Shown here piece after piece: positions 35,354-50,455 of a DNA stretch of 64,000 nucleotides. The position numbers were made by a program, and so were the translations under genes. This DNA comes from Bacillota bacterium. Its GTDB lineage: Bacteria > Bacillota > Sulfobacillia > RBS10-35 > Bu92. The stretch covers positions 10,397 to 74,396 of the forward strand of contig JADBKN010000009.1 of assembly GCA_014896375.1 (NCBI GenBank), in the 5' to 3' direction. The notes beneath the pieces were generated by a model. The model saw only the letters and a list, made by a program, of their open reading frames with translations. It was not told the origin of the DNA and ran no database searches. Positions within the stretch are counted from its first letter, which is position 1, and each line of letters begins with the position of its first letter.

Positions 35354-37891
35354 TTGACATCGCTCGCGCCCCATCTCAAGCGGTACTTCACGCTTGTGGC
35401 CCTGGCCGGCCTCACCGTCTTCGCCAGCAGCGCGGCGGCCCGCCCCTACGTCTTCCTGCCAGTCGCGCTCGCCGCCGCGGCCGTGTACGTCGCGGCGGAG
35501 ACGGTGCAGCTCGTGCTCCCCTCGGGGGCCGGCTTCTCCAGCTCGATCGCGCCGATGATGGCCTTTCTCTGGCTGTTCGGCCCGGCGCCCACGCTGCTCG
35601 CGCTCGTCCTCGGCGCGGCCGCCACGGCCGTGCTGCGCCAGGCGAACCCGCACGTGGCCCTCTACAACGCCGGTTCCTGGTGCATCGCGCTCTGGGCGGC
35701 GTCGTGGTTCCAGCCGCTCTCCAGGCCGGATCCGCTGTTCTCCATGGCGGGCTCCTACCTCACGTTCTACGCGATCGCCTCGGGTCTCTTGGTGGGCGGT
35801 CTCGCGCTCTATCGGAGGCAGCCGTATGGCGTGGTGGTCCGCCAGTACGCGCGGGAGACGCTCGTGCCCTTCGCCGGCGGCTTCCTGGTGGCCGTGCTGA
35901 TGACAGCCGCCGCTGAGGCGTGGGGCGTGGCCGGCATCGGCGTCGCCGTCGCCGTACTCACGGCCTCCCAGGCGGCTCTCCAGGCCTACGGCCGCACGCT
36001 GCGCGGGCGCATCGTGCACCGGCTGATCGCGCGCTGGAACGCGGGCGCCCACGCGGCGGACCCGCGCGTGCGGCGCGCCTTGCACTACGCCACCGCCATT
36101 GCGGAAGAACTGGGTCTCGACTCGGCGGAGCAGGCCACGCTGCGCGAGGCCGTGCTCCTCTGCGACATCGCCGTGGAGAGCCTCCTCCCCGGCCTGCGCG
36201 CCCGCTCCGGGCCGCTGGCGCCGGAGGAGCGCGCGCTCTTGGAGCGCCACCCGGCGGCCGGTGCCGAGGCAGTGGGGCAGTTCGCGGAACTCGCGGATGT
36301 GGCGCGCGCCGTGCGCCATCACCACGAGCGCTGGGATGGCGGCGGCTACCCCGACGGCCTCGCCGGCGAGGCCATCCCCGTGCCGGCGCGCATCCTGGCC
36401 GTGGTGGACGCCTACCTGGCCCTCACGCAGCCCTACCCCTACCGCGGCACCCCGCTGGGCCCGGAAGAGGCGCTGGGGGTGCTGCTTGAGGAGAGCGGGC
36501 GCCAGTTCTGGCCCCCGGCCGTAGAGGCGCTGCGGCGCATCCTCGCGCGCGAGGCGGCGCAGAACCTCCTCGCCGCCACGGCAGAGCGCGAACAGGTCGT
36601 GAAGGCGGCCCTCGACCACCTCGTCGCCTCCATCCGCCGGCAGCGCGCCGTGCGCCAGCGCTTTGCGGGCGGCGCGCCCGTCACGCCCGAGCACTGGCGG
36701 GCGCTCTACGAGCTCGGCCGCCTCGTCGCTGGTTCGCGCTCCGTCACGGAGGTGGCGGACGTCACCCTGGGCGTCATGGCGCGGCTTTTCACCGGAGGTG
36801 GGCTCGTGGCCGTGGCCGACGTCGAGGGGTGGACCGTGCGCAGCGTCCGCCGCCTGCCGGCGGGGCTCATCGGCCGGCGGCTGGACCTAGAGGCGGCCGA
36901 CCTCGCCGCAGCCGGGCAGGAGGGCGCGGTGCGGCTCTGCGACGCGCGCCGCGCCGGCGCGTGGGCCGCGCCCTTCGCCGCCGAGGGACTCCATCAGATT
37001 CTGGTCCTGCCGGCGCGCTGGAACGAGCGCACGGTGGCGCTGATCGTCGTCGGCCGCAGCTGGGGCTTCGGCGAGGCGGAGCGCGAGGTGGCGGAGATTG
37101 TCGCCGCGCAGGCCGCCCTGGCCTTCGGCAACGCGCGGCTCTTCCAGGAGCTCGAGGCGCGTCTTGCGGAGATCGAGGCCCTCCGGGACGCGGAACGGCT
37201 GGCGGCCGTGGGCCGCATGGCAGCCGCCGCGGCGCACGAGATCCGCAACCCGCTCACGGCGGTCAAGGGTTTCCTGGAGCTTCTCAAGCGCGATCCCCGC
37301 GGCGAGGACCTGCCGCGCATCCTGCCCCTCGTGCTCTCGGAGCTCGGGCGCATCGAGCGGCTCACGAGCGACATGCTGCTGCTCGCTCGTCCCCCGGCCG
37401 ATCCACGCGCCGCCTGCGACCTTGCGGAGGAAGTCGCGGCGGTGCTGCAGCTCTTGGGCGGGGAGATCGAGGCGGGCGGCGTGGAGCTGCGCCGGGCGGG
37501 CCTCGACGGCCCGGCGCGGGTGCGCGGCGAGGGGCCGCGTGTGCGGCAGGTGGTGCTGAACCTCGTGAGGAACGCGCTGGAGGCCATGCCCGGCGGCGGG
37601 CGCCTCGCGCTGGAGCTCGAGGAAGCGGGCGGCGAGTACGTCCTCTCCGTGTCCGATAGCGGCCCGGGCCTGCCGGCCGAGATCCTCGACCGCCTCTTCG
37701 AGCCCTTCCAGACGACGAAGCCGTCCGGCACGGGGCTCGGCCTGGCGGTGTGCGCGAGCATCGTCCAATCCCTGGGCGGGCGCATCGAAGCGGCCAACCG
37801 CCCGGAGGGCGGGGCGCGCTTCCGCGTGGTCTGGCCCAAGGCGGGTGGGGAGGGCGGGCCGCGCGCCGCCGCCGCGCCGGGGACGGTATAA
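35354..37891 (+). CDS. Orphan membrane sensor histidine kinase: multi-TM, degenerate HD-GYP, GAF-like, HisKA/HATPase
   Basis: About 7 TM helices; HHERWDGGGYP; H-box AHEIRNPLTAVKGFL; N box QVVLNLVRNA; G1 DSGPG; G2 GTGLGL. Confidence 0.88.
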   Translation: MTSLAPHLKRYFTLVALAGLTVFASSAAARPYVFLPVALAAAAVYVAAETVQLVLPSGAGFSSSIAPMMAFLWLFGPAPTLLALVLGAAATAVLRQANPHVALYNAGSWCIALWAASWFQPLSRPDPLFSMAGSYLTFYAIASGLLVGGLALYRRQPYGVVVRQYARETLVPFAGGFLVAVLMTAAAEAWGVAGIGVAVAVLTASQAALQAYGRTLRGRIVHRLIARWNAGAHAADPRVRRALHYATAIAEELGLDSAEQATLREAVLLCDIAVESLLPGLRARSGPLAPEERALLERHPAAGAEAVGQFAELADVARAVRHHHERWDGGGYPDGLAGEAIPVPARILAVVDAYLALTQPYPYRGTPLGPEEALGVLLEESGRQFWPPAVEALRRILAREAAQNLLAATAEREQVVKAALDHLVASIRRQRAVRQRFAGGAPVTPEHWRALYELGRLVAGSRSVTEVADVTLGVMARLFTGGGLVAVADVEGWTVRSVRRLPAGLIGRRLDLEAADLAAAGQEGAVRLCDARRAGAWAAPFAAEGLHQILVLPARWNERTVALIVVGRSWGFGEAEREVAEIVAAQAALAFGNARLFQELEARLAEIEALRDAERLAAVGRMAAAAAHEIRNPLTAVKGFLELLKRDPRGEDLPRILPLVLSELGRIERLTSDMLLLARPPADPRAACDLAEEVAAVLQLLGGEIEAGGVELRRAGLDGPARVRGEGPRVRQVVLNLVRNALEAMPGGGRLALELEEAGGEYVLSVSDSGPGLPAEILDRLFEPFQTTKPSGTGLGLAVCASIVQSLGGRIEAANRPEGGARFRVVWPKAGGEGGPRAAAAPGTV

Positions 37892-37899
37892 TGTAGGGC

Positions 37900-42668
<4,769 letters not shown>

Positions 42669-42672
<4 letters not shown>

Positions 42673-44162
42673 ACCTTCACGAGCTCACGGCGCACGAGGT
42701 GCGCAACCGCGTCGCGCGGCGGGAGGTGAGCGCGGAGGAGGTGGCGCGCGCCTTCCTTGAGCGGCGCGACGCCGTGGAGGAGCGCCTGCAGGCCTTCATC
42801 ACGCCGCTGGACGCGGAGGCGGTGCTGTCGCAGGCGCGCGCCGTGGACGAGGCCCTCGCGCGGGGGGAGTCGGCGGGGCTCCTCTGCGGCGTGCCGGTCG
42901 CGGTGAAGGACAACATCTGCACCGCCGGGCTGCGCACCACGTGCGCCTCGCGCCTGCTCGCCGACTGGGTCCCGCCCTATGACGCGACCGTCGTCCGCCG
43001 CCTGCGGCGCGCCGGGGCCGTGATCGTGGGCAAGACGAACATGGACGAGTTCGCCATGGGCTCCTCCACGGAGAACTCCGCCTTCTTCCCCACGCGCAAC
43101 CCTTGGGATCCGCGCCGCGTGCCGGGCGGCTCCTCCGGCGGCTCGGCGGCGGCCGTGGCCGCGGGCGCGGCGGCCCTGGCGCTGGGCAGCGACACCGGCG
43201 GCAGCATCCGCCAGCCCGCCGCCCTCTGCGGCGTCGTCGGTCTCAAGCCCACCTACGGCCGCGTGTCGCGCTACGGGCTGGTGGCCTTCGCCTCCTCGCT
43301 CGACCAGATCGGCCCCCTCGCGCGCGACGTGACGGACGCCGCCCTGGCCCTGGCCGTCATCGCGGGACGTGACCCGCTTGACGCCACGAGCGCCCCTGAG
43401 CCCCCCGGCGACTACCTCGCGGCGCTGGAGCGCGGCGTGCGCGGCCTGCGCATCGGCGCGCCGCGGGAGATGTTCGAGGCCGAGGGCGTCGATCCGGCCG
43501 TGCGCGACCTGACGGTCGCGGCCCTCGAGACCCTGGCGGAGCTCGGCGCGGCGGTGGAGGAGTGCCGCCTGCCTACGGCCACGGCCGGCCTCGACGCCTA
43601 CTACATCGTGGCGCCGGCCGAGGCCAGCTCCAACCTCGCCCGCTACGACGGCGTGCGCTACGGCCTGCGCGTGCCCGGCGCGGACATCGTGGAGATGTTC
43701 GAGCGCACGCGCGGCCGCGGTTTCGGCCCCGAGGTGCGGCGGCGCATCATGCTCGGCACCTTCGCGCTCTCCGCGGGCTACTACGACGCCTACTACCGGC
43801 GCGCGCAGCAGGTGCGCGCGCGCATCCGGCGCGAGTTCGAGGAGGCGTTCGAGCGCTTCGACCTCCTCGCCTCGCCCACCTCGCCTACGGTGGCCTTCCC
43901 GTTGGGAGAGCGCACGGCCGACCCGCTCGCCATGTACGCGAGCGACATCTGCACGGTCACGGCGAACCTCGCCGGCATCCCGGCCATCTCGCTGCCCTGC
44001 GGCTTCGAGGGCGGCCTGCCGGCGGGCCTGCAGCTCATGGCGCCGCCCTTCCAGGAGGAGCGGCTGCTCGCCGCCGCGGCCGCGTATGAGCGCGCCACCG
44101 GCTGGCACCGGCGGCGCCCGCCGCTCGGTCTGATCGCGTCGGCAGGGGAGGGCGGGGCATGA
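42669..44162 (+). CDS. gatA: Asp/Glu-tRNA amidotransferase subunit A
   Basis: [29 protein letters not shown]. Confidence 0.97.
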
Positions 44163-45607
44163 GCCGCACGGAAGCGACGACGCAGTTTGAGACGGTCATC
44201 GGCCTCGAGGTGCACGTGGAGCTCTCCACGGAGACGAAGATGTTCTGCGCCTGCCGCGTCACCTTCGGGGAGCCGCCGAACACGCACGTCTGCCCCGTCT
44301 GCCTGGGGCTGCCGGGGGCGCTGCCCGTGCCCAACCGGCGCGCGGTGGAGTTCGCCGTGCGCGCGGCGCTGGCGCTCCACTGCGAGATCGCGCCGGTGAC
44401 GAAGTTCGACCGCAAGAACTACCACTACCCCGACCTTCCCAAGGGCTACCAGATCTCCCAGTATGACCGGCCCCTGGGCACCGGCGGGTACCTGGACGTG
44501 CCGCTGCCGGAGGGCGGCGTGCGGCGCGTGCGCATCCGCCGCCTGCACCTCGAGGAGGACGCCGGCAAGTCGCTGCACGACCCGCGCCTCGGCACGCTCG
44601 TCGACCTGAACCGGGCGGGCGTGCCGCTCATCGAGATCGTCTCCGAGCCCGACCTGCGTTCACCTGAGGAGGCGCGCGCCTACCTTCAGGAGCTGCGCAA
44701 CGTGATGCTCTACGCCGGCGTCTCCGACGTGAAGATGGAGGAAGGCAGCCTGCGCTGCGACGCCAACATCTCCATCCGCCCGGCGGGCAGCCGCGAGTTC
44801 GGGGCGCTCGTGGAGATCAAGAACATGAACTCCTTCCGCTCGGTCAAGCAGGCGCTGGAGTACGAGGCCGAGCGCCAGCGCGCGCTCGTCCTCTCCGGGG
44901 AGCGCGTGGAGCGGGAGACGCGCCACTGGAACGAGCGCGCCGGCCGCACGACGCCTTCGCGCAGCAAGGAGGAGGCGCACGACTACCGCTACTTCCCGGA
45001 CCCGGACCTGGTCCCTTTGCGCATCGACGCCGAGTGGGTGGAGTCCATCCGCCGCAGCCTGCCCGAGCTCCCGGCGCAGCGGCGCGCCCGCTACGAGGGG
45101 CTCGGCCTCTCCGCGTACGACGCCGCCGTGCTCGTGGATGAGCGCCCCCTGGCCGACTTCTTCGACGCCTGCCTGGCGCTGGGCGCCGACGCGAAACAGG
45201 CCGCCAACTGGCTCATGGTGGAGCTCCAGGGCCTCCTCAACGAGAAGGGGCGGGAGCTCTCGGCCACGCGCCTCACACCGGAGGGCCTCGTGGCGCTCCT
45301 GCGGCTCATCGAGGAGGGGACGATCACCGGCCGCATCGCGAAGGAGATCTTCCCCGAGATGGTCGAGAGCGGCGCCGATCCCCGCTCGCTCGTGGAGGCG
45401 CGCGGGCTCTCGCAGATCGCCGACCGCGAGGAGCTTTTGCGCGTGGTACGGGAGGTCCTCGCCCAGCACCCGGCGGCCGTGGAGGACTACCGCAAGGGCA
45501 AGACGAACGCGCTGGGCTTCCTTGTGGGCCAGGTGATGAAGGCCACGCGCGGCCGCGCCAACCCCGGCCTCGCGAACGAGCTGGTGCGCCGGGTGCTCGA
45601 GGAATGA
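44159..45607 (+). CDS. gatB: Asp/Glu-tRNA amidotransferase subunit B
   Basis: [41 protein letters not shown]. Confidence 0.97.
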   Translation: MSRTEATTQFETVIGLEVHVELSTETKMFCACRVTFGEPPNTHVCPVCLGLPGALPVPNRRAVEFAVRAALALHCEIAPVTKFDRKNYHYPDLPKGYQISQYDRPLGTGGYLDVPLPEGGVRRVRIRRLHLEEDAGKSLHDPRLGTLVDLNRAGVPLIEIVSEPDLRSPEEARAYLQELRNVMLYAGVSDVKMEEGSLRCDANISIRPAGSREFGALVEIKNMNSFRSVKQALEYEAERQRALVLSGERVERETRHWNERAGRTTPSRSKEEAHDYRYFPDPDLVPLRIDAEWVESIRRSLPELPAQRRARYEGLGLSAYDAAVLVDERPLADFFDACLALGADAKQAANWLMVELQGLLNEKGRELSATRLTPEGLVALLRLIEEGTITGRIAKEIFPEMVESGADPRSLVEARGLSQIADREELLRVVREVLAQHPAAVEDYRKGKTNALGFLVGQVMKATRGRANPGLANELVRRVLEE

Positions 45608-46998
45608 GCGAGGCGGCCGGCCGGCCGCGTCCGGGCGACGTGCTCCTCCTCGAGGTCGACGACCTGGCCGCGGGCGGCGACGCCGTGGCCCACCACGACG
45701 GTTTCGCCGTCTTCCTGCCCTACGGCGCCGTGGGCGACCGCGTCCGCGCGCGCGTGCTGGAGGTGCACCCGCGCTATGCGCGCGCCGCCATCGAGAGCGT
45801 GGAGGCGCCGGCGCCGGCGCGCGTGGCGCCGCCCTGTCCCGTCTTCGGCCGCTGCGGCGGCTGCGCCTGGCAGCACGTGGCCTATGAGGCCCAGCTGGCG
45901 GCGAAGCGCAAGATCGTCACCGACGCGCTGGAGCGCATCGGCGGATTCACGACCGGCGACGCCCCCGGTGCCGTGCGCGTGCGCGAGATCCTCGGCATGG
46001 CGCGGCCCTGGCACTATCGCAACAAGGCGGCCGTGCCGGTGGCGGCGGGGCCCGACGGGCGCGTGCGCCTCGGCTATTACGCACGCGGCAGCCATGAGGT
46101 CGTCGACTGGGACGACTGCCACCTCGAGGACGAGCGGCTGGTGGCGGCGCTGCGGGCGATGCGGCGCCTCATCGAGCGCTGGCGCCTGCAGCCGTACGAC
46201 GAGGCCCGACACGCGGGCCTGGTGCGCCACGTGGTGGGACGCGTGGCCGTGGCCACGGGGGAGCTGCTCTTGGGGCTCGTGCTCAACGGCGAGGGCTTCG
46301 ACGGCGAGGACGCCTTCGCCCGCGAGCTGCGCGCGGCCGTGCCCGGCCTCGCCGGCTTCGTCCTCAACGTGCAGCGCGCGCGCGGCAACCGCATCCTGGG
46401 CCCGCGCACGCGCACGGTCTGGGGCCGGCCGTACGTGCGCGACAAGCTCCTCGGCCTGCGCTTCCACGTGTCGCTCGCCTCGTTCTACCAGGTGAACCCG
46501 GCGCAGACGGAGGCCCTCTACCGGCGGGCACTTGAGTACGTGGACGGCACGGCGCGGCGCGCGCTGGACGCGTACAGCGGCATCGGCACGATCGCCCTTC
46601 TCCTCGCCGCAAAGGCGGAGGAGGTGCTGGGCCTGGAGATCGTGCCGGAGGCTGTCGCCGACGCGCGGGAAAACGCGCGGCTCAACGGCGTGGAGAACGC
46701 CCGCTTCGAAGCGGCCGCGGTGGAGGAGCGCCTGCCGCAGCTCCTGGCGGCGGGCTGGCGACCGGACGTGGCCGTGCTCGACCCGCCCCGCGCCGGCGCG
46801 CACCCGGAGGCGCTGGCCGCCCTGGCGGCGGCCGGGGTGCCGCGCATCGTCTACGTCTCCTGCAACCCCGCGACGTTCGCGCGCGACGCCGCCTACTTAA
46901 GAGGCTGCGGCTACCGGCTGGTCGAAGTGACTCCCGTGGACATGTTCCCGCAGACGGCGCACGTGGAGCTCTGCGCGCAGATCGTGCGGGAGGGCTGA
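45604..46998 (+). CDS. rlmD: 23S rRNA (uracil-5)-methyltransferase RlmD/RlmCD (TRAM domain, 4Fe-4S)
   Basis: [38 protein letters not shown]. Confidence 0.93.
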   Translation: MSEAAGRPRPGDVLLLEVDDLAAGGDAVAHHDGFAVFLPYGAVGDRVRARVLEVHPRYARAAIESVEAPAPARVAPPCPVFGRCGGCAWQHVAYEAQLAAKRKIVTDALERIGGFTTGDAPGAVRVREILGMARPWHYRNKAAVPVAAGPDGRVRLGYYARGSHEVVDWDDCHLEDERLVAALRAMRRLIERWRLQPYDEARHAGLVRHVVGRVAVATGELLLGLVLNGEGFDGEDAFARELRAAVPGLAGFVLNVQRARGNRILGPRTRTVWGRPYVRDKLLGLRFHVSLASFYQVNPAQTEALYRRALEYVDGTARRALDAYSGIGTIALLLAAKAEEVLGLEIVPEAVADARENARLNGVENARFEAAAVEERLPQLLAAGWRPDVAVLDPPRAGAHPEALAALAAAGVPRIVYVSCNPATFARDAAYLRGCGYRLVEVTPVDMFPQTAHVELCAQIVREG

Positions 46999-47017
46999 GG
47001 CGCAAGGGAGGACAAGG

Positions 47018-47536
47018 ATGTCGCTCGCCCGTTATGTCGGCCGCATCACCCCGAGTTCCGTGGGCACGGCCGTGGACGCGTCCGGCCGCGTGCTCCTCCT
47101 GCGGCGGGCGCGCGCGCCCTTCGCGGGCCTCTGGACGATGCCCGGGGGCAAGATCGAGCCCGCCGAGCAGCCGCGCGCCGCGATGGAGCGCGAGTACCTG
47201 GAGGAGACCGGCCTTCCCGCGCGCGTGGCGCGCTTCTGCGGCCTCGTCAGCGAGATCGTGCGCTCCCCGGAGGGGACGGCGCACTTCATCCTGCACGTGT
47301 TCCGCCTGCAGCTGGCGGCCGGCGGCCCGCCGGGAGAGGACTTCCCAGACGCGGCCCGGGGACCCGAGGGCGAGCTCGCCTGGTTCCGTCCGGAAGAGAT
47401 CTGGCGGCGCGACGACGTGGCGGCGAGCGACGTCTGGATGCTGCGCCACCTCCTTCTCCAGGAGGGTGCGCCCCGCCTTGTGGAGATCGTCTCCGATGAA
47501 GCCGACCCCACCCGCATGGAGGTGGCCTGGCTCTGA
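47018..47536 (+). CDS. NUDIX hydrolase (MutT-like)
   Basis: Intact Nudix box GGKIEPAEQPRAAMEREYLEETGL. Confidence 0.88.
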   Translation: MSLARYVGRITPSSVGTAVDASGRVLLLRRARAPFAGLWTMPGGKIEPAEQPRAAMEREYLEETGLPARVARFCGLVSEIVRSPEGTAHFILHVFRLQLAAGGPPGEDFPDAARGPEGELAWFRPEEIWRRDDVAASDVWMLRHLLLQEGAPRLVEIVSDEADPTRMEVAWL

Positions 47537-48657
47537 TCCCGCGGCTGCGCCGGGCTCTCCTCAGCTGGTACGACGCCCACCGGCGCGAGCTGCCGTGGCG
47601 CGCGCGGCGGGACCCGTACGCCGTGCTCGTCAGCGAGTTCATGCTGCAGCAGACGCGCGTGGAGACGGTGCTGCGCTACTACGACGGCTTTCTCGCCGCC
47701 TTCCCGGATCTCCACGCGCTGGCGGCGGCCTCGGAAGACGACGTGCTGCGCGCCTGGCAGGGCCTGGGGTACTACGGCCGCGCGCGGCGCCTGCGCGCCC
47801 TGGCGCAGGTGGTGCGCGAGCGCTGGGGCGGCGAGCTGCCGGAGGACGCCGCGCGCCTGCGCGAGCTCCCCGGCGTGGGGCCGTACCTGGCCGGCGCCGT
47901 GGCGAGCATCGCCTTCGGGCGGCGGGAGGCGGCCGTCGACGGCAACGTGCGCCGCGTGCTCGGACGGCTCTTCGACCTTGACACGCCGTCGCCGGCGCGG
48001 CTCGAGCGCCTGGCGGCGCGGCTTCTGGACCCGCGCCGCCCGGGGGACTGGAACCAGGCCCTGATGGAACTCGGCGCCACGGTCTGCCGCCCGCGCGCGC
48101 CGCGCTGCGCGGCCTGCCCGCTCGCCGCCTGGTGCCGCGCTCACCGGCGCGGCCGCGTGAAGCAGCGCCCGGCGGCGCGTCGGCGGGCGGCGCCGGCGGA
48201 GGTGGAGCGCGCCACCCTGGTGCGCGTGCGCGACGGGCGCGTGGCGCTGGAGCGGCGGCCGCCCGGCGGTCTCCTCGGCGGGCTCTACGGCTTCCCAGGC
48301 GAGGACCTGCCGGCGGGCGCGGGCGAGGCGGCGGCGCGACGGGCGCTCTCGGACGCCTGGGGCGCGCCGCCGGCGGCGCTGGCGGCGTGGCCGCCCTACC
48401 GTCACGTCTTCACCCACCGCGCCTGGACGGTGCGCCCCTTCCTTTGGGCCGAGGCAGGCGGGGCGGAGGCGGGCACCGGGGCGGGGCGGACACAACGCAA
48501 GCGCGCGGCGGGGGCGGGCGCGTCGGAGGCGGGCGCATCGGAGGCGGGACTTCTCTGGCTGGGGCGTGCGGAGCTTGCGGCGGCTCCCTTGCCGCGGGCG
48601 TTCGAGCCGCTGCGGCGGGTGCTGTTGGAAGGATCGCGGGACATCCTGCTCATGTGA
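47533..48657 (+). CDS. mutY: A/G-specific adenine glycosylase MutY (probable CTG start)
   Basis: WY..HRRELPWR, SEFMLQQT, LPGVG, VDGNVRR, Fe-S Cys cluster; conserved N-terminus lies upstream of the first canonical start codon. Confidence 0.9.
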   Translation: MIPRLRRALLSWYDAHRRELPWRARRDPYAVLVSEFMLQQTRVETVLRYYDGFLAAFPDLHALAAASEDDVLRAWQGLGYYGRARRLRALAQVVRERWGGELPEDAARLRELPGVGPYLAGAVASIAFGRREAAVDGNVRRVLGRLFDLDTPSPARLERLAARLLDPRRPGDWNQALMELGATVCRPRAPRCAACPLAAWCRAHRRGRVKQRPAARRRAAPAEVERATLVRVRDGRVALERRPPGGLLGGLYGFPGEDLPAGAGEAAARRALSDAWGAPPAALAAWPPYRHVFTHRAWTVRPFLWAEAGGAEAGTGAGRTQRKRAAGAGASEAGASEAGLLWLGRAELAAAPLPRAFEPLRRVLLEGSRDILLM

Positions 48658-48669
48658 GGGGTGCGGGCC

Positions 48670-49137
48670 ATGGAGGAAGCGACGGTCGCCGGCTGGGCCG
48701 AACGCCTGCAGCCGCTTCTGGGATACACGGCGCGACTGTCCGTGGGACGCACGGCGCCCGACGTGTGGACCGGCCTGGAGGCGGTCGAGATCGAGGTGGA
48801 GGCGCTCTGGACCGTCGGCGAGATCGCGGCCGAAGGCGATGAGCTCGTCGTGCGCGCGGCGGCCGGCGGGGGCGGCGCGGGAGAGGCGCTGCGCCCGCTT
48901 GGGGAGGGGCGGGCGCGCGGCACGCACGGGCCGGGCGAGGCCCGCGAGGTGCGCGTGCCGGTGGCGCAGGCATTCATGGGCCTCGACGCCGCGGGCGAGT
49001 TCTTCCTGGCGGGCTGGCCGGAGGGCGACGGCCGCTTCCGCTACCTCCGCATCTCAAGGGAGGACGCGGGGAGCGCCCCGCCCGCGCGCCCGCGCCCGCT
49101 CCCAGGGCGGGGGCCGGTGGGCGATGGCCGCGCGTGA
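48670..49137 (+). CDS. Hypothetical protein
   Basis: Fills the mutY-queG gap; SD-like GAGGGG; GC3-biased codons; no recognised family. Confidence 0.6.
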   Translation: MEEATVAGWAERLQPLLGYTARLSVGRTAPDVWTGLEAVEIEVEALWTVGEIAAEGDELVVRAAAGGGGAGEALRPLGEGRARGTHGPGEAREVRVPVAQAFMGLDAAGEFFLAGWPEGDGRFRYLRISREDAGSAPPARPRPLPGRGPVGDGRA

Positions 49138-50455
49138 GGACGCGCCCGATGCCGCGCTGACGCGCAAGGTGGTCGACTTCGCCGCCGGGCTGGGCCTCTA
49201 CGCGGCCGTGGCACCGGCCGTGCCGCCTCCCGGGCTGCGCCGCGCCCTGCGCCGGCGCGCCGTGCTGGGCTGGCGGGCGGAGTTCGAGCCGCCGGAGGAC
49301 GAGCGCCGCTGGAATCCGCAGGCGGTGCTCCCCGGCGCGACGAGCGTGGTCGCGCTGGCGCTCCCGTACGGCGGCGCCGGCGCGCGCGCGGCGGCCCCCA
49401 CGGCCGGCCGGCCCGCGGCCGCCGCGGGGCGCAGGGCGCGCGCGGCCGCCGCCGAGCGCGCGGCTCCCACGGCGCCGGCACCCGCGCCCTTCCCGCGCGG
49501 CCGCGTCTCGCGCTACGCCGCCGGCTGGGACTATCACCGCCTGATGGGCTGGCGCGCCGCGGCCGTCGCCGCCTTCCTCACCGCCCACGGCTACCGCGCC
49601 GTGTGGCAGGTCGACACCGGCCCGCTGGCGGAGCGCGCCTTCGCCGCCGCGGCCGGGCTGGGCGCCGTGGGGCGCAACGGGCTCCTCATCATGCCGGGCC
49701 TGGGCACGCAGGTCTTCCTCGGCCTCGTGGTCACGGACGCGCCCCTCCGGCGGAGCCGCCCCGCGCCCTTTGACCCCTGCCGCGGCTGCGACCTCTGCGT
49801 GCGCGCCTGCCCCGCGGACGCCCTCGGCACGGGCGGCGCCGTGGACACGACGCGCTGCATCTCCTACGCCACCCAGCGGCGCGACGACATCCCCCTCGAC
49901 CAGCGCCGCGCGCTGGGCCTCTGGATCTGGGGGTGCGACGTCTGCCAGGACGTCTGCCCACACAACCGCGCGCCCGCCGGCGCCGCCCTGCAGCCCTCCC
50001 GCGCGCTCGGCGCGGCCTGCGGCCCCGGCGAGCGGCCGGACCTCATCGGGCTCTTGCGCCTTGGGAAGGGCGCCTTCCGGCGCCGCTGGGGCAGCAGCGC
50101 CGCCGCCTGGCGCGGCCGGCCGGTCCTGCAGCGCAACGCCCTCGTGGCCCTCGGCAACTGGAGCCGCACTCGCGCCGCGGGCGCGCCGCCGGAGGTGCGC
50201 CGCGCCGTGTGGCAGGCGCTCCTTCGCGGCCTTTTCGCGCCGCGGCCGGAACTGCGCCGCCACGCGGCGTGGGCCGTGGCCCAGTGGCCGGACGCGGCCG
50301 CCGCGCGCGCGGCGCTTGAGGAGCGTTGCGCGGTGGAGGCGGACCCCGGCGTGCGGGCGGCGTTGGAGGAGGCGCTGGCAGCCTGCGCTGCCGGGGACGC
50401 CGCCGCCGGGGACGCCGCCGCCGGCGCGCCTCAGCGCGGCGGCGCGATGAGGTAG
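49124..50455 (+). CDS. queG: Epoxyqueuosine reductase QueG
   Basis: VSRYA..DYH, DTGPLAER, CRGCDLCVRACP, CISY, GCDVCQDVCP, RNA..ALGN, HEAT repeat. Confidence 0.9.
   Translation: MAAREDAPDAALTRKVVDFAAGLGLYAAVAPAVPPPGLRRALRRRAVLGWRAEFEPPEDERRWNPQAVLPGATSVVALALPYGGAGARAAAPTAGRPAAAAGRRARAAAAERAAPTAPAPAPFPRGRVSRYAAGWDYHRLMGWRAAAVAAFLTAHGYRAVWQVDTGPLAERAFAAAAGLGAVGRNGLLIMPGLGTQVFLGLVVTDAPLRRSRPAPFDPCRGCDLCVRACPADALGTGGAVDTTRCISYATQRRDDIPLDQRRALGLWIWGCDVCQDVCPHNRAPAGAALQPSRALGAACGPGERPDLIGLLRLGKGAFRRRWGSSAAAWRGRPVLQRNALVALGNWSRTRAAGAPPEVRRAVWQALLRGLFAPRPELRRHAAWAVAQWPDAAAARAALEERCAVEADPGVRAALEEALAACAAGDAAAGDAAAGAPQRGGAMR

Noticed and set aside
36320..36378. 59-nt near-identical inverted copy at 53635-53693 (3 mismatches)
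   Set aside because: Both encode the most conserved HD-GYP motif (HHERWDGxGYPDGLAGEAIP) under strong codon bias; not evidence of a mobile element or invertible segment
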